A stretch of DNA of 62,574 nt, counting the filler, from Rhabdomonas costata (Eukaryota): the NCBI GenBank assembly GCA_019059605.1. It is 36 parts of 36 records of this genome, joined end to end, with 100 filler letters (N's around TTAATTAATTAA, not from the genome) between each part and the next. Parts side by side here need not be neighbours in the genome. Positions count along the whole stretch, not along the records: positions 22,646 to 24,286 come from JAHMHO010011463.1; positions 24,387 to 26,026 come from JAHMHO010011464.1; positions 26,127 to 27,767 come from JAHMHO010011465.1; positions 27,868 to 29,508 come from JAHMHO010011466.1; positions 29,609 to 31,249 come from JAHMHO010011467.1; positions 31,350 to 32,990 come from JAHMHO010011468.1; positions 33,091 to 34,731 come from JAHMHO010011469.1; 29 more parts are not named here. One strand, given 5' to 3'. The notes beneath the pieces are model-generated. The model was not told the origin of the DNA, did not search any database, and saw only the letters and a program-made list of their open reading frames with translations. The stretch's first letter is position 1. Every line of letters begins with the position of its first letter. The translations under genes and the position numbers were made by a program. Positions 23,411 through 33,841 of the stretch are shown one piece after another.

Positions 23411-26126
23411 TTGGTTACAGTACCGCTTTTCACACCGCTTACACAGCCACTCCTGTCCTCCCCCACTCAATACCAATTACGGTGTACCAATTACGACCAC
23501 TTTCCGACTTCAGAAGGTTCCACTGCTTGCTGGAAAAGAAAAGTAAACTGTACTCATTTAGATGGAGCTCCCGGAATTGTGGGTTTAAAATGATGAATAT
23601 AGTGAGAGCAACATAAAAGTGAGAGTTTCCTGTCAAACTATGTAAATATCTTTTTTCGTGTCTAAGGCATGCGGGGTGCACCGTCCCGCTGTGCTACTGG
23701 CACCCCGTTTGTGCGGGCATGCCCTGTTCCGATTTGTTTTGGCAAAAACGGTCAAAACGTTGAGGAAAGATGCACATCAAACAACAAAGGGTTGTGTTAA
23801 TTGCCTTTACGCAATCACCCTCGGAAACACAGGTGTTTTGTACAAAAGACGGCACCCAATTTACCCACTGAATCATCTGGAAACGCCCACAGCCACACGA
23901 AGTTTCTCCTCTCCAAACCTGTGTAAGTCGAAGTGGCTCCTTTTTTCTTTTTGCAAACGGGCAGTATTTTAAGAGAAAGAAGGGCTGTTTGCTGCAATTG
24001 GCGATTTTGTTCCTTCTGCTCGTACAGGTGTCTTTTTGGTCATATTCATCCCCACACCGACCGGCCCGGATGCGCTTACTTCCCGCCAATCCATGGCGCA
24101 CCGCTTCCCGAGTGGCACTCACTGTGGCGATTCTTACGCTTGTGGTGCATGACCTCTGCAGGGACTCGGTCAAGCCCGAGGCATTGGGTAGTGCAATGAC
24201 CGATAAGGCGGTACTCCCCTTGTCAGCGAAGAAGCCTCTGCCCTCTCCAAGACTTGCCGTCCAACAGCTCTCCGCACCACCCCACANNNNNNNNNNNNNN
24301 NNNNNNNNNNNNNNNNNNNNNNNNNNNNNNTTAATTAATTAANNNNNNNNNNNNNNNNNNNNNNNNNNNNNNNNNNNNNNNNNNNNTGTGTTGGTGTGTT
24401 TTGGGGCAAAATGTGCTGCTCTTCTTCCAGGGGAAATGTTGCAATAAAAATGTGGATGCACTCAGTTCCCTCGGTCCCACGGTATCTCATGGACTGCACT
24501 TTGCCGGACCGGAAACCCCATTGTTACCTGTAACTGTGTTGAGTACTTTAATTTAATTTAACTTAATGAGGTTAATGAGGCAAGAGGCTTTCCAGCGTGA
24601 CCTTGTATTTCCTGCAGTTCCGCCAACGTTCTTGTTCTGTGATACTTACTGTGTGTTTTGTCTTCAGCGAAGACGAGTGAGAGAGACTGAGAGAAAAGAA
24701 GGCAAGTGAGGGAGTGAGAGAGAAAGGGTACGGTTGAGAGCCGATGCCCTCGGCGAACTTTGAGCGGGGGCAGAGGTACTCATGGAACCTTCGCTCTGCC
24801 AACGGCATCCGGGATCTCGAGTACAGGGACCAGATCCACAAGAACAGGGTTTTTGTTTTCCCCACCACCGCACTTCAGCTCAATTCTTGTGCGTCTTTTC
24901 TTACATGCGAGGTTGTCGCTTCTCTTGTGGATCCTTTGACTTTGATTCTGGTCCTAATTCACCGAGGAACACTTTTCTTGGCGTATTTATTGTGTAACTT
25001 CCTTGTGTTGCTGTCTGAGAACAAAAGCGCAGTCTTACATATTGTTCATCTCTCCTCCTAAATGCCCATATTTCGTAATTTCTTTCTTCCTTTGTATTTT
25101 TTACTTTTCTGAAGCATTGTGTCGTTGCGCTTTTACTCTATCCTTTTCTCTGCTTGCTTTCGCTCCTGGTCCCCTTTCAGTCAGCCAAGAAGGATGAATG
25201 GCCTGACTTTTTATGTTACGACTCCTCCCATCCGGAAACCTGGGACATCCCTCTTTCTGTCGCACTCCTTGTTTTTTTTTATACACAAATCTTACATCGG
25301 TGATTCTTTCCTTCCTCTGATTAAAATGCGCCAACCAACCACACCAAACCACACCAAACCGTGATGTATTCTGTCTGACACCATGTTGGTTTTTGAATAC
25401 TTTTTAAAGGATATTTGAATGAACTCGGCACACCATCCAAAACACAAACCAAAGATATAAATACAACACTTTCGTTCCTTGCGTGACCCTCCGCCTGAGC
25501 ACCGGGAGGGGGGGTGCTTAGATCCGAAGGGTTAAGTCAGCGATCGATGCCAGCCAGCCGAAATACTTCCATGCCCTACGCCGGCCTCAGATGGCCCCCG
25601 AAGTTCAGGTGCCTGTTCTGACTCTGTCACTCTCAGCATTGCTGTGCAGGGTTGGAAGTGTCTGATATTACCACGATCAACGTTTGGGAGTGCGGTGTGG
25701 TAGGCTGCAGACGACCACTGTCCTGGGTCGTCCAGGTGAGGGTTCCTCTGAGCGGGCGATGCTGGTTGATGTGACTGATTAAGTTGGTGGATCACCTCAA
25801 AAGCAGAGGTTAGAGTTGAACGTCAAAAATCACATCAGTATGCATTGGAACCCGGTTGTTTTCCCCACCCGTTTTAGCTACTAGTCTGAAAGCACCAGAT
25901 TTAATGCACCCTTTTGTTAGCTTTGAGGTGACACGGATAATACCTTTTTTGTTTTGCTGAGGGCACCACATCACGCCACAGACACGGGTTCCAGATATGT
26001 GTTGTTTCCTTTTCGAATATGCGTTGNNNNNNNNNNNNNNNNNNNNNNNNNNNNNNNNNNNNNNNNNNNNTTAATTAATTAANNNNNNNNNNNNNNNNNN
26101 NNNNNNNNNNNNNNNNNNNNNNNNNN

Positions 26127-27767
26127 GTGTTTGCCTTTGCGGATCCGATCACCGATCTTCTCTCCGAACCTCTGATGGCGTACTTAGGATTGTCTTCGGA
26201 AGCTGATTCGTCTGTTGTGGAACAGGTGTGGCCCCATTTGTTAGCCTTTGTGGCTGTGGTTCTTCAAATGAAGGCATTGGGTTGGAAGCAGTCTTTGGGG
26301 CACCTCCCATCCACCAGGCAGCTCGAGTTGCTTCCTGGTCGTACGGCTGAGATCGCCCCTCTCTTGAGCACTTCCGATGATGCAGAGCCCACAGCCGTCG
26401 ATATTGGAGGTCCAGTCTGGAATTCGACAGTGGACGAGCCCACCATCTATGAAGTGAAAATTGCTGAGGTTTTGTGTCGGTTTGGCTCTGTGGCCATGCT
26501 TTTGGCACTTCTTCTGGCGGCCAAAGCGATGTACTTGAGGGTTTGGGGAACTGTTCTGTTTTTCCTCGCCGGGGCTTTGGCGATGGTTGGGCAGAAAGCC
26601 CTTGCGAAACCACTTCCATGGGAGCTGCTTCAGGGCGTCCTGTCGCTGCTGTTTATCCTGCAGTTTGCGCTTCTTCTGGGGCCTCCCGTGTTCTGGCAAG
26701 GTGGATTGCCGTTCTTTCCCAACACTGCCCTGGCATGCTCGTTCTGGAAGCAATACTACGAATATCTTTGCCTGGAGCCTGCCACTGCTCAGCTTTGGAT
26801 ATTCTTTCTCGCCGTCCAGCTTTGTGGGTGCTGCCGCCAAGCCATACAACACGCCAGTTCATTGGGTCGGGAGAGCTCCTCGGGCGGGCTTTCCTCGACA
26901 ATGAGACGCCTGCACAAGGAAATCCAAGCGTGCCGGAAGCGGTACGATCTCGGAGGTGTGCCCGCTCTGCAGCATCTTCTCCCGCCTCCGGACGCTCCAA
27001 ACTACCTGCTGCAAACTCCACGCCCCCTTTTCACCTACCTCCGCTTTCGGTTGCCGCCTTACTTCACCCTGGCCCTGATTTTTGCGGTTTGTGTGTTCGC
27101 GTCAGCCTCCACGCTGTCGATACTTCACTTGATTGTGCTCAGCATCGCGCTTTTCCTAACTCACTTTGGAGGTGAGCTGACCTGGCAGGGGAACCGTTGG
27201 TGGGCAGGGGTTTTGTGGCTCTGGTTCGGCCTCGGCCTACTGGAAAGCATGCTCACGGTTCCTGTTGTGGCCGACTTCGTCGTCGACCACAGCGTGTTTG
27301 ACTTGGTGGGTGTGCGGGTATTCTCCACCAAGCAGTGGTTTTATATTCTAATTCTCGTTCTGGTGTACCTTCAGTATTTGGTATACGATGACTTCTTGTT
27401 TGTTTTTGTTCTTCATCACCAACTTAATCATCTTCTCGAAGCCCAAGACCGAAGCAAGCAGAACGTGATCCTGCGCCAGCAGCTGCTTCAGGACATGAAG
27501 AGCCGCGAGGATCAACTTAAACGGGACCGCAAGCGCAGACTTCATTTCATTCGGAGCTGCCATCGTCAGAGCTTAGAGTTTCCAGGCCGCTCTCGTTCCG
27601 AATCTGCTGGTGTCACTCCCCGGGATACAACTCGTCAGGCACTGGATGGTCGTGCAACTCCTCGGTCGGGTCCCATTTACCCCGCTTTGGGCCCGCTGGA
27701 GACTTTGACTGCAGAACGTGACGTGCCCACAGCTGCTCGGGTTCCACCGGAAGCCTTGCCCACCACC
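26127..27767 (+). CDS. Piezo-like mechanosensitive channel, internal fragment (blade TM units plus beam region)
   Basis: Intronless frame across the contig with about 10 hydrophobic helices. QFALLLGPP, YFTLALIF...LTHFGGEL...WW and VYLQYLVY followed by a charged helix (EDQLKRDRKRRLHFIR) match the Piezo pre-beam/beam arrangement. Confidence 0.7.
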
Positions 27768-28078
27768 NNNNNNNNNNNNNNNNNNNNNNNNNNNNNNNNN
27801 NNNNNNNNNNNTTAATTAATTAANNNNNNNNNNNNNNNNNNNNNNNNNNNNNNNNNNNNNNNNNNNNATCCTGGCGTCCCGGGCCAAGTATTTTGGCGGA
27901 GAAACGGAGCCACATGGTCCCTTTTGCCAAAATAAAAAATCCAAACTCAAAGAAGAAAACGAACGAAGAGGGTTTGGGTAGTTTTGTCTTGATTTTTTTT
28001 TTTTACAATTCTCTCTTCTCCACGGGGAAGTTTGTGAGGTTCTTTTTTTGTGCTTTTCTCTTTTTGTGCCTCGGAGAT

Positions 28079-29048
28079 ATGGCACTTTCTGTGGAGCAGG
28101 TCTTAAGGCTTCCCAACGGCTCTGCGGTCCATCTGAGCTGCCCCACCGGCTTCCTGTTCTGCTCCGACACTCACCCCATGGTGGCCGCGACTGCTGCGAA
28201 GGGGCACCCGGGGACGGTTTTTGTGGCGCTGGGGACCTCTCCCCTGAGCGGGGGCGGAGGGCTGGTGCTGCACTCCATGGCCGCCAACTCCTCCCTAAGG
28301 CTGGCTGGGCATGGCTGGGACCACCGCCTGTGTGCCCCAAAGAGGAAGGATGGTCAGGTGGACGACGCGGGGGCCCAGGATAGCTTCCAGGTCATCGCTG
28401 ACCCGAGCTTGCCCGCGGGAGGGTTCCGGCTGCTCAGCATGGCCTCGCACCAGTTTATCTGCCAGAGCAGCAGTGGTGGCTTTGGGTCGACGAAGAGAGC
28501 AGACAAAGGAACCGTGTTTAGCATGGTACGGCCCGTCTGTTCCCTCTCACCGCCGTACGTTGGCTTTCAACTCTTTGGTCGTGTCATGGGTTCTGTAGTC
28601 TCACTCGCCTCGCCTGAAGGGAATCCTCGGTAGCGAAGCAGGGCGTGGGAGTCGGCTCTGTTCCCCTTCTGACCCCTCTCTCTAGAAAAATCGGGGTACA
28701 CACCTTCAATATTCCCGTCCCAAATGAGGTACCGTGCGTTCCTACTGCTGCAAACGACGAGTTTACACCGCCTGCACCGAAAGAAGTTGGCCATAACCGA
28801 TGCACAGGGCCGTTGGAGCATCAAAACCCGGCGCGTTCGGAATCCATTTCTCAAAGTTTCGAGTAAAGGTCTAGTCTCATTATTGTTTTTATTAGACCAC
28901 ACGGCATTGTCCTTACACCTCCCGCGCGCCTTTTCCCCATTCTTTTTGACCAAGACATGCCCTCCCTGCCCGCCATCTGTGCTCATTTCTGCAGCGTGTG
29001 GTGGGTCCATCGTGGCGGCCGCAAGGTGCACCCTGTGACCCCCGATAG
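28079..29048 (+). CDS. Small protein with possible fascin-like beta-trefoil fold, 2 exons
   Basis: ATG after a pyrimidine-rich acceptor. MALSVEQVLRLPNGSAVHLSCPTG...FRLLSMASHQFIC...TVFSM|GTACGG, then CAG|RVVGPSWRPQGAPCDPR*. The fold call is tentative. Confidence 0.4.
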
Positions 29049-30218
29049 TGGTACCTTTGGGGCGAGCGCCGAGGACTTTTCAGGCCACCGGGTGCTCGTG
29101 CAGCAGCGGTACAGGCTAGATGCCGGTCCATCAAGCACGATGTCGCTGCCGTTAGGTTCCCCTAACGGTCCGATCTCCCCTGTTGCGACGGGGGTTACCG
29201 TCGATGTGGAACATTGAGCCTTTGGTGGGGCAATGCGCAAAACGCATCTCCCCCGGCATCCTCTCCACACAGCTCCATTCACCCATCTCACCCATTGCCC
29301 ATGTGCACACGCTGTCCTCATGCAGGAGTACCTGCTCTCCCTGCAATTATTTCCCGCGTCGATTGTGAATATCTGACCATCTATTTGCGATGTACTGGAT
29401 TGAACAACTACGGCAACACGAACGCACGCACGAATACCCAGTTAGTAAGTGGTTTTGGCTGGCAATGTTGCTGTGGTTGCGTTGCCCCCCCTCCCTCCTG
29501 CACAACCANNNNNNNNNNNNNNNNNNNNNNNNNNNNNNNNNNNNNNNNNNNNTTAATTAATTAANNNNNNNNNNNNNNNNNNNNNNNNNNNNNNNNNNNN
29601 NNNNNNNNGGGGGTGTGTTTGGTTTTGTGGTTCACCTCATACCGTTGTATCCATTAACTTCGGGCCTCTTGTATTTTCAGGGGGATTGGGCGTTAAACGT
29701 TAAACGTTCATAAATGTCTTTGCCTCCTTTAAAATAAACTCCGTCTTTTTGTTTGGGGGGGGGGGTTGTCTTGTGGCCCAGTACGGAAGCCTCTAGACGT
29801 CATATTAGTTGTACGATGTGCGATATGCAAGGAATGCAAAAGCAATGAATCCAATTCAATGACTGGAAATTCCGGGGGCTGAACCACACAGCAATTTCGA
29901 TGTCACCCTGCTTACCGGACCGCACTTGCTACTGCCCAAGGCCACGTTCAGGGCATGTCCAAGGGGTTGTCAATCGGAACGGACTGTGGTAGGTTGCGCT
30001 TTCGTTTCGCTCAGGCGCACCCTAAGGGGGCAGCTGAGCAGAGACAACATGTGAGCAAGACAAAAGTCATGAGTGAAACACACGGCACGACACCGCACGC
30101 AGTCGGGGGAGCCACAACGATAAATGAATCGAAGGCTAAGAAAGGATTATCTTCTTCGTTCCACTCGCACCCACACCTGTCTTCACGGTACCCAGCGAGG
30201 GGCCGGAACTGCACGAAC

Positions 30219-31249
30219 CAGGACCAACCCCTGGCACCGCGGTGCCCTCCAGGTACTCCACAAGCCCAGCGTAGTCCTTGGCGGCGTGCATCAGCTCGTA
30301 GGCCCGGGCGTAGCACTGCTGCAGCGCGAGCTGGGCTGAGGTGGCGACGGCGCGGGGGCAGACCAACTCGTAGACCTCCGTGGCACTGGTCTTGCCTTTC
30401 GCAACCACGGCGTCCAAGTGGTTGAACACGAAGTCCTCCTCAGTGTGCTGTGGGTCAGGTGTGGGAACTCTCCTTGTCTCGAAATGCTTTCATAATTTGG
30501 GCCAAGACAAAATAGGTCTCATTCACAATCGCAAAATGACGACCAGTCGTCGGAAAGTCATCCCGACTGATGACGAATCACCATGAACTCAAAAAGAAAG
30601 AACAAGAAAGTAGGGACCGCACCTCCACTACTGCGCTGGAAACCATGATGGTCACCCCGTAGACCTTCCCCAGAGCTTCCAGGCGAGCGGCCAGGTTGAC
30701 TCCGTCGCCTAGTGGCGACCGAAACCGACACCCAGCAAGCTCCACGGGAGTACCCAGATTCGAACTTGAGCAAGTTTCGTTTTCAAGTTTTGTGCAAGGA
30801 GGGGGGTGGGGAGTTTGAAACAACTCGATTGCTGCCGATGTTCTGCTAAAGCTGGCCCTGTTTAACCCGACCTGTGGCCACCCTTGATTTCTCGTCTTCT
30901 TTTTGCTCCAGTCTTTGCTTTTCTGTGGTGAGCACGATCACCCCCCACCCACGCTGCATCAATGTAGAAACGTATTATTCTCTAACATGTTTCAAACAGC
31001 GGCCGGAAAAAAACGCAAAATTCATACAAAAGGCAAATGCGTTCCCCCAGAGCTGAAGGCAGGCCAGACCGACTTCTCCTCCTATTTCCAAGTAACACAG
31101 TTGGCCTTTATCCCTTTTTGCGTCAGTGAATTTCATTGTCTTAGGCAAAACACACAACCTCCCGTATTCTGGTGGCCTTCTTAAAACAAAAGAAAAGCAA
31201 AAGTAAAAGAAAAGTAAATGCACCACCCAATGGCTCGGAAGCCCTGTGT
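30219..31249 (-). CDS. Class III adenylate/guanylate cyclase, C-terminal catalytic half (partial)
   Basis: Exons 31249-31228 (TQGFRAI-G), 30708-30623 (GDGVNLAARLEALGKVYGVTIMVSSAVVE) and 30447-~30219 (HTEEDFVFNHLDAVVAKGKTSATEVYEL...). GDxVNxAxRLE and KGK motifs are diagnostic. Confidence 0.88.
30709..31227 (-). other. Non-canonical intron (GG...AG) with paired termini
   Basis: Joining ...GCC ATT G to GC GAC GGA... restores AIGDGVN. The intron starts GGTGGTG and ends CGCCACTAG; +1..+7 pair with -3..-9. Confidence 0.55.
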
Positions 31250-32123
31250 NNNNNNNNNNNNNNNNNNNNNNNNNNNNNNNNNNNNNNNNNNNNTTAATTA
31301 ATTAANNNNNNNNNNNNNNNNNNNNNNNNNNNNNNNNNNNNNNNNNNNNGTTGGGTTTTCCATCAGAGCGCGTTTTGCACTGACATTCGTGCTTCTGTTC
31401 TATGTTGCTCCGAAATAAAGGCGATTTGCATTTCACGGGCAGGACTGTGGTATAGGAGCCGTCAGAAACCCGCTGAGTATTCGGAGGACTGATATCGAAT
31501 TGGTCGCTCGGGAGGCTCTAGTGATGTGAAGCATGCGGTATTCTCCACTCTGAAGACTGAAGAACAAGCCTCTGAAGACAGCGGCAATACATGCTTCACT
31601 TGTTTAACTTCAAGAACGTCGGACGCCAAAAGAGCAGTTGAAACTGCTTGGAGTGCCTGCCAAGTTAGTCTGACCTTTGTGGAGGTGGGCTGGAGTTGCT
31701 GCTACACGACGGCTGTGGATTTCGACATTGGCAAAAGTTTTTTTTAGGAGCCCTAGTGCCACGGTGACCCAACTCGGCCCGTTTCCTGTTTGGGTTTCTG
31801 AGCTGTGAATGCTCTCAGAGGATGATTTGCAATCAACTTAAATTGCAGTACCTGGCTACTTTCGAAGATTACAAAAGCTATCAAAAGTGTTTGCCACTAT
31901 CTAATATAGTCTGACCACATAATGGAGGTCATGTCCGTCATTCCAACTCAATGAAGCCAGTAAGCCTTCCCAGCGGCCTGCTTTCTTTCCTTTTCCTTTT
32001 TGAGTTTTGGAAGTTTTGAACTTTTCTGTAGTTGCCGTGCGGGTTTAACTTCAATGTTCCTGGTTTTGCCATGGAGTTTAATATTAATACTGTCTTCTTT
32101 CTGCCTTCTACGTGCGAATGCAG

Positions 32124-32990
32124 CCCCGCTGTCGCGGTACTGCCCCACATGCCTGTTTGAGGTTCATGGGGAGGCCCCTCCCAGTCAGATTCGGGTGACA
32201 ATGACCTCGCTCGCGGGGTGGGGCCGGTCTGGTAATGCTGTGATCTCCCTGTTTCACGCCTTGAGCCTGGGATACCTTTGCAGGGCGCGCGTGAGCTTGC
32301 CCCTGCGGGACGACCTCCACCAAGGCTTTGACGTGCAGCCCCGGCACAGCCAGTTTGACTTTGCGACCGCGGAGGCCTTGCCCCCAGTGCGCTTTGTTCG
32401 CTGTGGAGAGCGCATGGTGGGAGATCAGCAAATTTTTTACCACCGCAGGGAGGCTCTGTATGCCCTCAGTGACACTGTTAAGGTCAGTGCTGTGCATTAC
32501 TGCTTGCTGTTGCGCACTTGTTTTCTGCTGTTCTTTTCCACAGCCCCAGGCTTTTTCACACTTGTGGCAGGCATCCCTTTCTCCCACGTTTTCTAGACCA
32601 ATTGTCATTGAAATGAACTTTTTGGTCCTCCTTGCTTTTCTGGTTGCAGTGGTTGTGCTAGCTGCTTTTTCATCCAAGCCCCTGGTGAGCCATAACCATG
32701 ACCATGAGCGGGATCCCGGGATCCAGAAAATATGGAAAGGAGTCGCTGGTATTTCAATCACTGTGGTCCTGTGTTCTTGCCTCACATACATCAAAGCGTT
32801 TGCTGATGAACTGCTTGAGGCGCTACCTGGGCTACTGCGTTCCCGGATTCTGTGACGAGGAGGACACCCGCGATGGGACGCTTGTGATGCATCTTCGGCA
32901 GGGTGACCTGTACGGTCCTCCCCACCCCCCGCGTCACGGGCAGCCCTCCCTTGCCTTCTACCTTTCCATCCTGAACTTTACCAACCCAAC
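32124..32990 (+). CDS. Alpha-fucosyltransferase-like glycosyltransferase (GT11/GT23/O-FucT clan), partial
   Basis: Exons 32124-32482 (WGRSGNAVISLFHA) and 32797-32990 (TLVMHLRQGDL...GQPSLAFY) join in phase 0 across a GT-AG intron. GRxGN and HxRxGD are GDP-fucose-binding motifs. Confidence 0.7.
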
Positions 32991-33098
32991 NNNNNNNNNN
33001 NNNNNNNNNNNNNNNNNNNNNNNNNNNNNNNNNNTTAATTAATTAANNNNNNNNNNNNNNNNNNNNNNNNNNNNNNNNNNNNNNNNNNNNGTGTGGGT

Positions 33099-33205
33099 GT
33101 GACCTTAGTACTCTGTAGCAGCCGTGATGTGTTTTTCGCGAGAACATTGCCCGGTCGGGTACACGCGAAAAACACATCACGGCTGCTACAGAGTACTAAG
33201 GTCAC
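33099..33205. repeat. Perfect 42-bp inverted repeat with 23-nt loop at a contig start
   Basis: 33099-33140 is the exact reverse complement of 33164-33205. Confidence 0.95.
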
Positions 33206-33612
33206 CCTCACAGCTCCATTCCAACCACATCAAGATCAGGCACACTCCCACCGCCCACGATAATTGGAGAATAATACCCGACAGCAGCAGCGTGACGGAT
33301 TGTGCAGTTGAGCACTATGAGGGTAAGAGCAGGCAAACAATTGAAAGTTGGTGAACGCCAGCGCGAAGTGCGGAGAGGGGCAAGATACGAGGGGACATCA
33401 CGGGAAACAAGAAATACATGGGCAGCCGGGCAGGCGCCAGTGAAAAACGGGGGTGGTGATGTGAGCTGGAACCATGTTGCGGGGAGGAGGAAAAGGATCC
33501 TGCCTTAAAAACCGCATACGCCCTGGAAACAGGTGAACAGATTTTAAGCAGGAGAGGAGGACACGCTCTGCCTGGATGACACGGGAAGGCTGTTATGAGT
33601 AGGCACGCATAC

Positions 33613-33841
33613 CATGCGGGTCGTGGGGCGGGCCCAGTCCTGGATCACCAAAATGCCCAGCGTGAGGTTCGCCGTTTCCGGGCTGGGCGGCACGATGACC
33701 TGGCGATGGAAGAGGTTGTAGTAGGGGCTGTCCTGGTCCAGGTGCACGTTGGATGCGATGGGAGGCACCGGCATGGCCTCCAGCAATGGGTTGAGCGCCT
33801 CCACTGAGGAGGTCACAAACCCAGGATTCTCAAAGGCCCAC
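33613..33841 (-). CDS. Single exon of an unidentified protein
   Basis: CATCAG|...WAFENPGFVTSSVEALNPLL...VIQDWARPTTRM|GTATGC, GC3-rich. Confidence 0.45.
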
